The notes below the pieces were generated by a model. It was not told the DNA's origin. It did no database searches and saw only the letters and a list, made by a program, of their open reading frames with translations. A stretch of 64,000 nucleotides of DNA from NCBI GenBank assembly GCA_048128005.1, contig JBEUKZ010000016.1, positions 558,001 to 622,000 on the forward strand, read 5' to 3'. The position numbers and the translations under genes were made by a program. Origin of the DNA: Veleropilina oligotropha. Lineage: Eukaryota. Shown in pieces: positions 37,688 to 47,225 of the stretch; the stretch's first letter is position 1, and each line of letters begins with the position of its first letter.

Positions 37688-38681
37688 GAACCAGCGGCAG
37701 CTGGGTATCACGAGGCACCACAAGAAGTTCCTCACGAACGAACCCACGCGGTGGTCCATCCAGCAAGTAGTAGAGCACAGGCTCGTCAGGCTTAGTGACG
37801 GAGCGTCCAAGCCTGTAAACTTTTAGAGACCACACCGGGTCAGTAGCACGGCGATGACCCCCCTCCAGCTCACCATCGTAGTAAAGGTAGCGAACATCTA
37901 CGTCAGAGGGGAGTTTCTGTTCCTTCCCCTGTCGGCCTGGAACAGTGGCGCCTGGCTTTTGGGCAACGCGAGGTGCCTTGATGGCGTCCTTGGGCTTTTT
38001 ACCGGTCAGCCTGGTCACTTCCCCATTCAAGGCCGCAACTACAGCTGCTAACCGGACGACCCACACAGTTGACCTTTGACCCTCTTTCGCAGACTCTGCA
38101 AACCGCATCTCTGTTGCATACTGGTGCCCGAAGAGCCGCTCAGCGAGCGTCCGGTTGAAGCGCTCCACAATGCCCTGATCGCGATGGATATCCACACGGC
38201 CACGCCTAACCTCGACGTTATTCTTTGCCAGCAGCTGGGAAACCGCGCCCATAAACTCTCGCCCTGGATCGACTTGAAGCAGTTTCGGCCAGCCAAGAGG
38301 ACTCCGCCTGTAGATTCGGGCTAGTGCTTCAGCAACCCCTTTGGCCTCTTTTGTGACCAGAGGCTCAGCCTCTTTAAAGCGACTGGCCACATCAACCACA
38401 GTCAAAGCGTACTTGTACGTTTTACGGCCGACCTTGTCATGGGGCAGAAACAGGAGATCGGCTTGGTGAACCTCGTTCGGCGTCGTAACGTCAAACCGTG
38501 GTCTTGGAATCCGCCGTGGCGCAGGTAAATAGATCTGCCATATAGCCTGCCTCTTAAGCCATGTCCGGGCCTCCATTTCAGACGCCTTGGCAGCGTCAGC
38601 TAGTTTCTTTATCGCGGCAATGCCTTTCCAGTAGCCCTTAGGGCTGTAGTATATCCTCGCAAGCTTACTATCCATCAGCAA
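37677..38681 (-). CDS. Retroviral-like (rve) integrase
   Basis: HQADLL (D), VVDVASRF, LQVDPGREF (D), GIVERFNRTL (E); no chromodomain seen. Confidence 0.93.
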   Translation of the reverse strand: MLMDSKLARIYYSPKGYWKGIAAIKKLADAAKASEMEARTWLKRQAIWQIYLPAPRRIPRPRFDVTTPNEVHQADLLFLPHDKVGRKTYKYALTVVDVASRFKEAEPLVTKEAKGVAEALARIYRRSPLGWPKLLQVDPGREFMGAVSQLLAKNNVEVRRGRVDIHRDQGIVERFNRTLAERLFGHQYATEMRFAESAKEGQRSTVWVVRLAAVVAALNGEVTRLTGKKPKDAIKAPRVAQKPGATVPGRQGKEQKLPSDVDVRYLYYDGELEGGHRRATDPVWSLKVYRLGRSVTKPDEPVLYYLLDGPPRGFVREELLVVPRDTQLPLVLRR

Positions 38682-38904
38682 TGTATTCCAGTAAACTGAT
38701 CAGTCTCCAACAGGCTTCAGCTTCCGGAGCCGGTCGCTGTGCAGTCGTCTCCCAAAGGTTGGTCAGGCCCGAGAGCACCAGGACCGCGAACCGCACCATA
38801 GTCTTTTCGTCGCGGCGCCAGCAGTCGAGTAACGTAGTACTATAGCCGACCGCAAGCATAGCGCAGTACAGCTCTTCTGGGAGCCCCATTATTATACCTG
38901 GCAC
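38668..38904 (-). CDS. Small hypothetical viral protein
   Basis: Fills the gap in a tightly packed minus-strand gene run. Confidence 0.4.
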   Translation of the reverse strand: MPGIIMGLPEELYCAMLAVGYSTTLLDCWRRDEKTMVRFAVLVLSGLTNLWETTAQRPAPEAEACWRLISLLEYIADG

Positions 38905-38930
38905 ACGAAAAAAATGTCCACTGGAAATAA

Positions 38931-39362
38931 TTAGGCGAGCTTGTAGGCGACCAACCCAGTCGCAGCCATCCCCAGGATGATGAAGGTGATCTCACGTCCC
39001 TTCTGGGCATCGCTCGGTGTGTAGTAGTCAGACAGCTGGGGCTCAGGGCCACCTCCTATAGCGGTGGGGTCAAGGTTCTTGCCGGTGATCAATGCATACT
39101 CACGGATCGCGGCGTCAACATCCCGGAATGTGCCAACGGCATGACCCTGGCGGCGAAGTTCAACGTTCAGCCAGTCGAGACGCTCTGCCCTCTGTTGTGA
39201 CCATTTAGTCTGAGCAGTGTTGAGCTGTTCTACAGCAATGTCGTGGCGTTTACGCTCCGCATCGACACCGGAGCTGCGTAGCTTCGAGAAGAGGAAGTTC
39301 GAGCCGCTGAAGGCGAGGGCGTTGACGAGAGCGCCCCCAACCAGCATCGCAATGGAAGCCAT
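38931..39362 (-). CDS. Viral membrane protein (hydrophobic N- and C-termini)
   Basis: MASIAMLVGGALVNALAFSGSNFLF..., central coiled coil, C-terminal TM ITFIILGMAATGLVAY. Confidence 0.75.
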   Translation of the reverse strand: MASIAMLVGGALVNALAFSGSNFLFSKLRSSGVDAERKRHDIAVEQLNTAQTKWSQQRAERLDWLNVELRRQGHAVGTFRDVDAAIREYALITGKNLDPTAIGGGPEPQLSDYYTPSDAQKGREITFIILGMAATGLVAYKLA

Positions 39363-39379
39363 TGAAATGCTGCGATTAT

Positions 39380-39622
39380 CTAGCAAGGTCCCACTACTTC
39401 AATATATCGGCCGGAATGATGCCTTGCTTGATCAGCATGTCTTTCGTCGCCATGGCGAGCGCTACGTCGAGGACGACCATCCCAACGTCGTACCAGTTTG
39501 GGGCTCACTCCCTTGAATACCATCTTTGTCAGGCGTGCGTAGCCAATGGCGAGGCCTGACACTATAGCGGCGTGGTATACAGCATTGCCGAGCATCTTTC
39601 CATCAGTGATTGGGGTAGTCAT
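39380..39622 (-). CDS. Small viral membrane-associated protein, C-terminus possibly frameshifted
   Basis: NAVYHAAIVSGLAIGYA hydrophobic segment; packed in the gene run. Confidence 0.55.
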   Translation of the reverse strand: MTTPITDGKMLGNAVYHAAIVSGLAIGYARLTKMVFKGVSPKLVRRWDGRPRRSARHGDERHADQARHHSGRYIEVVGPC

Positions 39623-39647
39623 AACTGTTGATTAGTACCGTTTGCGA

Positions 39648-40154
39648 CTATTGCATATGAAAAGGGTTCTGCTTCTTCAATTCGATAGTGGGGGCGGCCC
39701 GAGGCTGCCTAGCGTCCGCGTCTGGTGGCTGTTGATGTGGTGTGGATGGACCAGGGTTGCTGCGTTCTGAGGACGTCTTCCAGACAACAAATACCAACGC
39801 AACCGTACCGGCAGCGACGGCTACCTGGGTCCAATTAAATAGGTCCGATTTCCGTGTATCTGGCGCACGCGGTCTTTCTGCGGCTGGAACCGCCTCCCCG
39901 GGCTGTTCTGATGGAACGACAACACTTGTTGGGGCACTCAGGTCTTCTTTCATTTTTCGAACCGCGGCCAGTAGCTTCTCCTGCTTGGCTTTTCGAGCAG
40001 CAGCGCCGGCCCTCCCTGCAGCCACTTTTTTCGGGTCCTTTTTACTCACTGATGAGTCCGTCGAAGAAGTCACCCTCTCTATCGGCTGGCTCTCGATCGG
40101 CTGGCTCTCGATCGGCTGGCTCTCGATCACTTGGTCCACTTCCAGCGTTGTCAT
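39648..40154 (-). CDS. Viral protein with basic helix and TM segment
   Basis: (IESQP)x3 repeat, KKDPKKVAAGRAGAAARKAK, TM VAVAAGTVALVFVVW. Confidence 0.7.
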   Translation of the reverse strand: MTTLEVDQVIESQPIESQPIESQPIERVTSSTDSSVSKKDPKKVAAGRAGAAARKAKQEKLLAAVRKMKEDLSAPTSVVVPSEQPGEAVPAAERPRAPDTRKSDLFNWTQVAVAAGTVALVFVVWKTSSERSNPGPSTPHQQPPDADARQPRAAPTIELKKQNPFHMQ

Positions 40155-40824
40155 CTTGATCTCGCCCTCGCTCTGGTATCTTAGGCGGGCAAACATGTCC
40201 AAATTGGCAGTGCTTAGCCGTGGTCAACGCTGCGGTCAGCGGTGCGAGGTACATGCCATATTTATAATACAGCTCACAGCTTGCAGTGGTCAGGGCATGT
40301 GAGATGAACGGGTCGGCCTCCAGGTCGGCGATCAGTCGTAGCTGGTTTGCTGGTGGAATGGGCAGGAACATCCCAGCTGCCCCCGCATAGAGATGAATAG
40401 CTGAAGTCCCCAGAGTCTTCGTCACATCGGCACCGAGTTTCGCTTCATACCTCGCGTGGTGCTTTTCGACCTCGTCGTCAGTCATGTCATCTATCCGGTC
40501 CACTGTGAGGTTACGACCCATGTATCGGTGGGCCTGTCCTCCAACGGCTAAGGCTGCAAGCCTCTCACGCTTTGCCGTGCAAACGGAACTTGCGACTCCA
40601 CTGTTACTGACAGGTTCCTTGCCATCGGGAGTCAAGCGACAGCTGTTGATGGTCGTTTCTTGTTCGTCATCCATGAGTTGATCGATGAGGCTGTCCATCC
40701 TGAAGCGTTTCCAACATCGCCTCACCGGTCTAATATAACTGTAAATCCAATACCACAATGTAGCGAGTAGGAGCAAGATCAGGCTCTGGCTGAAAGCAAA
40801 AGCTAGATATACAGCGTCCGACAT
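40042..40824 (-). CDS. Conserved viral protein with N-terminal TM
   Basis: Homolog at 63496-64000 in copy B (KRERLAALAVGGQAHRYMG...). Confidence 0.7.
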   Translation of the reverse strand: MSDAVYLAFAFSQSLILLLLATLWYWIYSYIRPVRRCWKRFRMDSLIDQLMDDEQETTINSCRLTPDGKEPVSNSGVASSVCTAKRERLAALAVGGQAHRYMGRNLTVDRIDDMTDDEVEKHHARYEAKLGADVTKTLGTSAIHLYAGAAGMFLPIPPANQLRLIADLEADPFISHALTTASCELYYKYGMYLAPLTAALTTAKHCQFGHVCPPKIPERGRDQDDNAGSGPSDREPADREPADREPADREGDFFDGLISE

Positions 40825-40865
40825 GCGAGAGCTTGCTGGGCAGCTACTTAGCATCTGCTGGGTAG

Positions 40866-41498
40866 CTATAGCACACTATAAGCAACGGGCTGATCAGTTT
40901 TCAACAGAAGCTTAGCGTGTCGTGTCTCAGCCAACAGCCGGCGAACCTCGGTCCGTTCATCCTGCGACAGGATTACATCGTTCTCGCGCAGACAGTCCTC
41001 GAAACTGTCGCGGTCCTTGCAATGGAACAGCGCGACCCAGCGGGTCTGCTCTCTGAGCTCCTTCAAGACCGAGTTGTACTTTTGCGTCACTACCCATACG
41101 CTCTGGGAAGCATGCCTGCCGCTGAAGGCCAACAAAGTCAGCATGTCCCGTTTTTTGGCGAGGGCTTTGCTGGCGGCGCAGTCGTCGATTATGTACAGAG
41201 TCGACTCCCCCTGAAACAGCCGGTAGAACCCCCGCAGCCAGTCATGGAGTCGCTCACCCGGGGGGACTAAATACACCTCAGGGTCGGTCCAGATCCACGG
41301 ACAAGACTGGTATGCCTTGTTGAACTTGATCGTGGGGCAGAGGATCACGATATGCCAGAAGACGCCTCGATACTCCCCTTCCAGCAGTTCAAGCATGAAA
41401 ACCGTCTTCCCACAACCGGTCTGGCCGCAGATGATTGCGGAGTGGGGGTCCTTGGTGTGCGGAAATCGTTTAGTACAGTGCTTCGACGAATCGGCCAT
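40866..41498 (-). CDS. A32/FtsK-like DNA packaging ATPase
   Basis: Walker A GQTGCGKT, Walker B YIIDD, Arg finger SGRH, VTQ motif. Confidence 0.92.
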   Translation of the reverse strand: MADSSKHCTKRFPHTKDPHSAIICGQTGCGKTVFMLELLEGEYRGVFWHIVILCPTIKFNKAYQSCPWIWTDPEVYLVPPGERLHDWLRGFYRLFQGESTLYIIDDCAASKALAKKRDMLTLLAFSGRHASQSVWVVTQKYNSVLKELREQTRWVALFHCKDRDSFEDCLRENDVILSQDERTEVRRLLAETRHAKLLLKTDQPVAYSVL

Positions 41499-42771
41499 TC
41501 TCGATATTCAGCTGTGCGTCCATGATCACGAACTCGTAGACGTTCAGTGGACCGGCCGCTTCGGCTGTTTTAGTGATCTGAATAGTAATGCCTTCGCTGG
41601 CGTTCTCGACCCTCCGGCCTGACCCGTGCAACTGATCGTCGTCAGTTACCCGCATATCGATCCAGAGCGCAAATTTCTTAGTCAGAAATTCGCCCAGGGT
41701 GACGTCTGCCATCTCCAAGTCCTTTGCGACCATCGCGACCTCAGGATGCCGCTTGCTGCTGCCGGAGGCGAACATTTTCTTGGCTTCTACCCAGATCTGG
41801 TATGTTCGCATGCCCTGGCTGTAGATTTGATTCGGGACACCCTCGATTGTGACCTCGACCTTTGTGATCTTCGGATTATAGAAGGCCTCAGTATCGCGAG
41901 AGAATGGCGCGGCGTCTCTCGCAGGGTCCTCGAACAACAGTAGTATTCCTTTCATCGACCTCGCCGGTACGTTCACATTCATATTCCACAATGAGTCGCT
42001 CTTGTCTAGGGTGAGCTTCCGATGCCGGAGAACACGGTCGTACAGGATTACGAGTTGACCCTGGTATTGATTTCGAATCCGTCTGGCAAGCTCGGATTGG
42101 GTTACCATGTCATATTCGAGGGATATATTGTCGATGGAATAGCTGGAACCGGAGTCGTCCGTATCCCGGATAGTCCGGGAGTAGTCGTTGAACGTTAGCT
42201 CATACTCGAGACGGTCTCCAAGGGCGCTTTGATAGAATGGCATGTGACTTTCCAACAGCTCGAAATCCAGCGGGATGCAGAATCGGTTACCGTACGCGGC
42301 CGCGACTGCGACATCCTCAGACAGTCTGAAGGGGTCTGCCGTACCAACACGATGCTTCGTAGTGTTGTGTCCATCGCTGGTATCAATCCCCTGGTACTGG
42401 GCGTTCTTGCGCTCCCCTGTGGTCTTCCAGAGATCGCAGTAGCAGTGGTACACGTCGGAGTCGTCAATCGACATGATCTCGTTTCCACTTATCTTTATCG
42501 TGGTCTTTCTGATCACGGCACGGCCGATATTTTGCACTACAGTCCTATTCGCATTTACCGAGGTCAGAGAGATGGTAAATGCAAGGTGGGCAGTCCCTGG
42601 AACGATCACGTCATTCGCCCCGAGATTAGGGAACCGAACCAGGAGCTGCTGGTTGGCGGAAATCGTTGATGGATTGTTTGTAATCGTGACCGACTGGCGG
42701 ATGCCCTTGACCGCGAGGGGCTCACGCAGTCTGCGGTATGGATTAAGCTTGCGTCCGTATACGCTGGTCAT
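41470..42771 (-). CDS. Major capsid protein (putative double jelly-roll), 433 aa
   Basis: Beta-rich, MCP-sized, adjacent to the ATPase; RFCIPLDF, LEYELTFN, DNISLEYD motifs; start MTSVYGR inferred from the copy B start. Confidence 0.8.
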   Translation of the reverse strand: MTSVYGRKLNPYRRLREPLAVKGIRQSVTITNNPSTISANQQLLVRFPNLGANDVIVPGTAHLAFTISLTSVNANRTVVQNIGRAVIRKTTIKISGNEIMSIDDSDVYHCYCDLWKTTGERKNAQYQGIDTSDGHNTTKHRVGTADPFRLSEDVAVAAAYGNRFCIPLDFELLESHMPFYQSALGDRLEYELTFNDYSRTIRDTDDSGSSYSIDNISLEYDMVTQSELARRIRNQYQGQLVILYDRVLRHRKLTLDKSDSLWNMNVNVPARSMKGILLLFEDPARDAAPFSRDTEAFYNPKITKVEVTIEGVPNQIYSQGMRTYQIWVEAKKMFASGSSKRHPEVAMVAKDLEMADVTLGEFLTKKFALWIDMRVTDDDQLHGSGRRVENASEGITIQITKTAEAAGPLNVYEFVIMDAQLNIENGRFVEALY

Positions 42772-42807
42772 GGCGGAATTAGATGCGTATCCCACTGATG
42801 TATTCAA

Positions 42808-44124
42808 ATGGCGGAATTCGAGAACCCCGCATTCGAGCCTGACGATCTCATCGACAACGATGATACCATCGTCGACGATATTGATGTGGATAGATCCACC
42901 GACCGGTTTATGCCTGTTCTTTCGGAACGGCCACAGGAAGGAACCAGCAGTCTGCGGCAAGAGCTCGTTCAGGGCGTGGTTGACGACTACTACAAAGCCC
43001 TGGCACAGGAGGGGCAGACCCCCGCAGCAGGGCGACATTATTCAAAATTCAAGTACGTGGCGGGAAAATTAGGGCGGGGGGGAAAATTGATGATGACGGA
43101 CCACCCCGACATCAATCTCATCAATTCTCGCACCGGCAACCCCTTGTCGTTGTCAACAATAGCTGGCCGGCCTGGTGGGGGTGATGCCATCCGAGATCTG
43201 GGTTTTGTAAACTGGAAGCGGGGAGGGGGGGGACAAAAGCTGTCCTCAAAAGCGGTTGCAGCTCTTCAGGCAGCCGACACTGAGTTGAGCGGTGCTGCGG
43301 CGAACGTCGAAAACGTAGAACTGCGGGACTTGGGGCAGACTGCTACTGATGCCTCGGTAGCAATCCACACGATGGAGACGGAATTCACTGATACCGAGGT
43401 TGAAGAGATCTTAGGCACAATGGGGGACCCTCCATTAAACCTCCGCGAGCTTCGCGGACTTGACAAGGCGATGCAGACCATTCGAGGCGAGCTCACTAAC
43501 AATCTAGCCAAACTAACGGCGCTGGACGAACACATAGAGCTGGAGAAGAGCAAGCTCGATCGGGCCGATGAAGAGGGCGGTGTGGATGAGTTTATTCGTC
43601 GACGGATCGCGGAACGTCTGCGCAACTTAAACGATGAACGAGCAGCTCGCCTAGAGGCAGCCTCATCAAGCCGGGAGGCCCTACGCTCTCAAATCAGCCG
43701 GATCCGAGAGATGCTAAATCGGATACTCCACTCAGATACCACGCTGGCCGAGCGTATCCGGACCCTATTTCGCGAGCAGGGGGTCACGATCGCAACCATA
43801 CTGACCGCTATTGGGTTGGCCATCTCGACTTTGGTACTAGCCCTGACAGGCGGAGCGCCGAGCATACCACAACCACCATCACCTCCCAGTGGTCAGGGCG
43901 GGGTCAAGGAGTGGGTCAAAAAGCAGCTGCAGAACCTGGGAAGGATTCTAGGCAAACTAGCAGGGAAGGCCGCAGCCGCGCTCCCAGGAATACTTGGAAG
44001 CCTGGTCTCCTGGCTAATCAACCTGATTGGCAAGACAGCATCGTGGCTCGCTGAAAACCTATGGGCACTGGTCATATCAGTTGGGGGCTTGCTTCTTATT
44101 GCCGCTAGACAGTGGGTCACGTAA
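42808..44124 (+). CDS. Coiled-coil protein with C-terminal hydrophobic segments
   Basis: FENPAF at the N-terminus, long heptad region, TIATILTAIGLAISTLVLALTGG and C-terminal TM; conserved in copy B. Confidence 0.8.
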   Translation: MAEFENPAFEPDDLIDNDDTIVDDIDVDRSTDRFMPVLSERPQEGTSSLRQELVQGVVDDYYKALAQEGQTPAAGRHYSKFKYVAGKLGRGGKLMMTDHPDINLINSRTGNPLSLSTIAGRPGGGDAIRDLGFVNWKRGGGGQKLSSKAVAALQAADTELSGAAANVENVELRDLGQTATDASVAIHTMETEFTDTEVEEILGTMGDPPLNLRELRGLDKAMQTIRGELTNNLAKLTALDEHIELEKSKLDRADEEGGVDEFIRRRIAERLRNLNDERAARLEAASSSREALRSQISRIREMLNRILHSDTTLAERIRTLFREQGVTIATILTAIGLAISTLVLALTGGAPSIPQPPSPPSGQGGVKEWVKKQLQNLGRILGKLAGKAAAALPGILGSLVSWLINLIGKTASWLAENLWALVISVGGLLLIAARQWVT

Positions 44125-45397
44125 GCCAAATGAACGCTAGGCCAACAACAATGCCGCCCACGATAAGTGCGGTTTTATCCTCGTCATGTTTGGTTGCCCC
44201 AGCTGAAACAGCTGCCACTGGGGCCACAGCCGGCAGAGAGCCACAATGCTTCGGAGTGACCGCATCTGCGGGTAAGACGGCGTCTTGTGGGATGACCAAT
44301 CCTGTTTCTCCAGTCTCCCCAGTGGCGTTGGGTGGAACAGGATTGGCCGCGTTGACCTTATTATAAAAACCTAGGGTCTGGGCTTCCGTGGCAACGACGA
44401 TTTCGTTGTTATACCCAGCCACATGCCCTACCCGAAGGAGCATGTCACTTGGCGCCATGTAAAGGCCGACGCCGAATACGAAGTCTACTTTAGACCTGGC
44501 ATACTGCAAAACGTCCTGGTACCGTTTGATGGCTGCAGGGAGGTCCACTGGCGATGCGATTGCGTCTTCGACGTTTGACAGAAATTGCTTTTGCGCGTCG
44601 AATGCGGTACCACTCCCCAGAATACTTGTGCGTGTCTGAGCCTGCGCTCCAAGAATCGCCCAGACATAGGTCCTAATGGAATCATTGAGCCTCTCCACGC
44701 CGGCCTGGGTGAATCCCACCGACTTGTCCAGAATTAAAGTAGCCCACGAAGTGCCTGCATCCTGTGCTATATAGTCCACATGTAGGTCCTTCGTTTTGGC
44801 GAAGGACATCCAGCTGGGATCGTAATCCTTTCCGATGGAGTGGTATCCGTTGTTCGTCCAGTAGTTGTAGGCAGTGCCGAGCCCTTTATTGGGACCCTTG
44901 ACACGCCAGTCGGTATGTGGAGACACTCCAAACTCGCTGCAGATCTTCTCATATGCTCTTCGATCATACGGAGTGTCGAATGCGTCCCACGTCCTGTCTT
45001 GTGGCAGCGGCGCCTGAATCTCGGTCAAGATCCTTCTGACCTGATAGTAGACGTGGAAGGTGAATACAGCAGCGGAGAGGGGGGCTGCAGTAGCATTCAA
45101 GTGGTCTTCTGAGGAGATACCGGAACCTGTTGTGGCACACCAAACTGCGAAATTGACTTTGTTCTGCCAGAACCGCATCGGCGTGGTCTGCCAGGCCCTT
45201 ATCAGCCCGTCACTAGCGACGTGAGGGAGGCGGTATTTCTGAAAGACGTCGGGGTATGTTGCCCCGAATGTCGTGGTTGAGCCATTACCCACATTGATGC
45301 TTGGTCTCGTAAGCTGCTCATCTTTGATCTTTGCTGGGTACACCACACCGGTCGGATAGGCCGCACTCCTATTAAACGCAAAGGCGCTCTTAGCCAT
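44117..45397 (-). CDS. Conserved viral protein with C-terminal TM anchor
   Basis: Homolog at 58995-60269; C-terminus TALIVGGIVVGLAFIWLT. Confidence 0.8.
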   Translation of the reverse strand: MAKSAFAFNRSAAYPTGVVYPAKIKDEQLTRPSINVGNGSTTTFGATYPDVFQKYRLPHVASDGLIRAWQTTPMRFWQNKVNFAVWCATTGSGISSEDHLNATAAPLSAAVFTFHVYYQVRRILTEIQAPLPQDRTWDAFDTPYDRRAYEKICSEFGVSPHTDWRVKGPNKGLGTAYNYWTNNGYHSIGKDYDPSWMSFAKTKDLHVDYIAQDAGTSWATLILDKSVGFTQAGVERLNDSIRTYVWAILGAQAQTRTSILGSGTAFDAQKQFLSNVEDAIASPVDLPAAIKRYQDVLQYARSKVDFVFGVGLYMAPSDMLLRVGHVAGYNNEIVVATEAQTLGFYNKVNAANPVPPNATGETGETGLVIPQDAVLPADAVTPKHCGSLPAVAPVAAVSAGATKHDEDKTALIVGGIVVGLAFIWLT

Positions 45398-45401
45398 AGC
45401 T

Positions 45402-46139
45402 ATGTTCCACACATTAACAAACGTTCAAGAGGGGACCGCGGTTGCCCTCCTGGAGCCGATTGATAACCGGGACGGCAAGCTATGTGTCAGCTTGCAGTCG
45501 CTCGACTATTGGGTAGGCTGGCATAATGTGCATGCCGGAGCCTTCTTTAAGACCCCGGATGCCACGGTAGAGGTGGCACCAGGTTTCTACAGCTTCGATG
45601 ACCTCGCCAAGACGATGAAGAGGTCGCTAAAGAACCTACAGCTGGATGTAAGCCATGCTACAGGGCTCGCCCGAATCGTGGTCCCAGAGGGGACTCGACT
45701 CGCGATAAGCGACGATATACGAAAACTCCTCGGCTTAAACCTGTCTTCGTTTATTCTCGATAAAGCAGGGAATCTGAACCCACCGGTTCGGGGAGTACAG
45801 GGCCAACCACCTCCCCCTCCGGAGAGATCCGAGTGGCTACGCCCTGGGACTTATGACGGGAATAAGCCTGTCGGGTTTGCCATAGCGCCAACCCTACACG
45901 TTCACCTGGAGCAGCTCAGTACAACGCACAATGTGAAGGACGGCGCCCCGAGCACTATTCTCGCGGTGGTCCCTATCACGTCGCAGATGTTCGGTGAAGC
46001 TGGCCACTATCATAGCTATCCCGCCGGCCGGCGACTACAGGCCGGGCTAATCACAGAGTTGAAGGTGTACGTCACAGACGCAGATGGTAACCTGCTAGAC
46101 AATCACGGCATGCCCATTACCGCAGTCCTTGCGATATAA
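45402..46139 (+). CDS. Minor capsid (penton-like single jelly-roll) protein
   Basis: PGFYSFDDL, LHVHLEQL, DGAPSTILAVVP, ITELKVYVTDADGNLLDNHG pattern typical of Polinton/PLV minor capsids. Confidence 0.7.
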   Translation: MFHTLTNVQEGTAVALLEPIDNRDGKLCVSLQSLDYWVGWHNVHAGAFFKTPDATVEVAPGFYSFDDLAKTMKRSLKNLQLDVSHATGLARIVVPEGTRLAISDDIRKLLGLNLSSFILDKAGNLNPPVRGVQGQPPPPPERSEWLRPGTYDGNKPVGFAIAPTLHVHLEQLSTTHNVKDGAPSTILAVVPITSQMFGEAGHYHSYPAGRRLQAGLITELKVYVTDADGNLLDNHGMPITAVLAI

Positions 46140-46510
46140 TGAGCAGCAGCTACGGGACCCTCCCCCTACCCCACCCACCTCTGCTTGCAGATGAGCCCTC
46201 TTCCCCCCCGACCCGGTGGCACTTTGTCCTTAATTGTGGGGTAGCGCCCAATAAGGGGATGGCGAGGAGGGAGTTCATGTTTCCAAACACTAGAGGTCGG
46301 TTCGGGTTGAACCCAGCCCTTCTAATGATCCACCTGACGCCGGTCCAGCCGGCCGGGGGCCCCAAAGCATGTTCCATAAGTAAGCTTGGCCTGAATTCGG
46401 ACAGGTTGACCCTCGCCTTTGCCATCAAGGCCCCGTGGGTCGGCACTCTGTATTTGAACGTTACGGCAGACAAGGGGAATCAACCGGCGGAACAATACAA
46501 CCACGTATAG
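46139..46510 (+). CDS. Hypothetical beta-rich viral protein
   Basis: TAATG overlap with the minor capsid stop; homolog 57913-58287. Confidence 0.7.
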   Translation: MSSSYGTLPLPHPPLLADEPSSPPTRWHFVLNCGVAPNKGMARREFMFPNTRGRFGLNPALLMIHLTPVQPAGGPKACSISKLGLNSDRLTLAFAIKAPWVGTLYLNVTADKGNQPAEQYNHV

Positions 46511-47143
46511 ATGGACAACACACCCTCAGCGCCAATGCTGTACCCACAGCTTGATGGCGATGGGATTTCGGAACTGCATGAGGCACAGTCTTTCCGACTA
46601 CAGAAAGTGAATGAGCTTCAGGGACAATTAGAACGAGAGAGGGACACACGGGCTGCACTATATAAAAAATACCGCCGAGGTGTTAACGTCGTTGACGGAA
46701 TAGATAACGGACTAGTCGTCGCCACACTTGGTATGGGTAGCGCTGGAATTGGTCTACTGTCCACAATCGTTGCCGCACCTGTTGTCCTAGTGCTGGAATT
46801 AGTGGCATTAGGGTGTGGGCTCGCCAGTATGGGTGGGAAATATATCAGCCGACGCCTCCAGGTTAAGGCTAAGAAACACGACGAGATTCGAGTACTGGCC
46901 GACAGCAAGCTTAATACCATAACCGACCACGTCTCAACGGCCTTATCAGACGGGGTGATGTCTGATGATGAATTCCAACTGGTCACAGGGGAGATGGAGA
47001 AATACCAAGCCATGAAGGCATCAATCCGGGATAAGAGTAGGAAGGCGCACACCGCGATTTCACAGACCCAAAGCGAGCTTATTGAGCATGGTCGTAAAGA
47101 GGGTCGCGCAGAGCTGCTGAAAAAAATCGGAGCTGGCGACTAA
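46511..47143 (+). CDS. Membrane hairpin/coiled-coil protein with PSAP and LYPQL motifs
   Basis: TPSAPMLYPQL; hydrophobic GLVVATLGMGSAGIGLLSTIVAAPVVLVLELVALGCGLA; homolog 57281-57916. Confidence 0.8.
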   Translation: MDNTPSAPMLYPQLDGDGISELHEAQSFRLQKVNELQGQLERERDTRAALYKKYRRGVNVVDGIDNGLVVATLGMGSAGIGLLSTIVAAPVVLVLELVALGCGLASMGGKYISRRLQVKAKKHDEIRVLADSKLNTITDHVSTALSDGVMSDDEFQLVTGEMEKYQAMKASIRDKSRKAHTAISQTQSELIEHGRKEGRAELLKKIGAGD

Positions 47144-47225
47144 CTATCCAGGTTGAGCGTAGCCACGACTACCCCACTCCTCCCCCGTATTAAAGCTAGA
47201 CATCGACAGTGATATCTGGACAACC

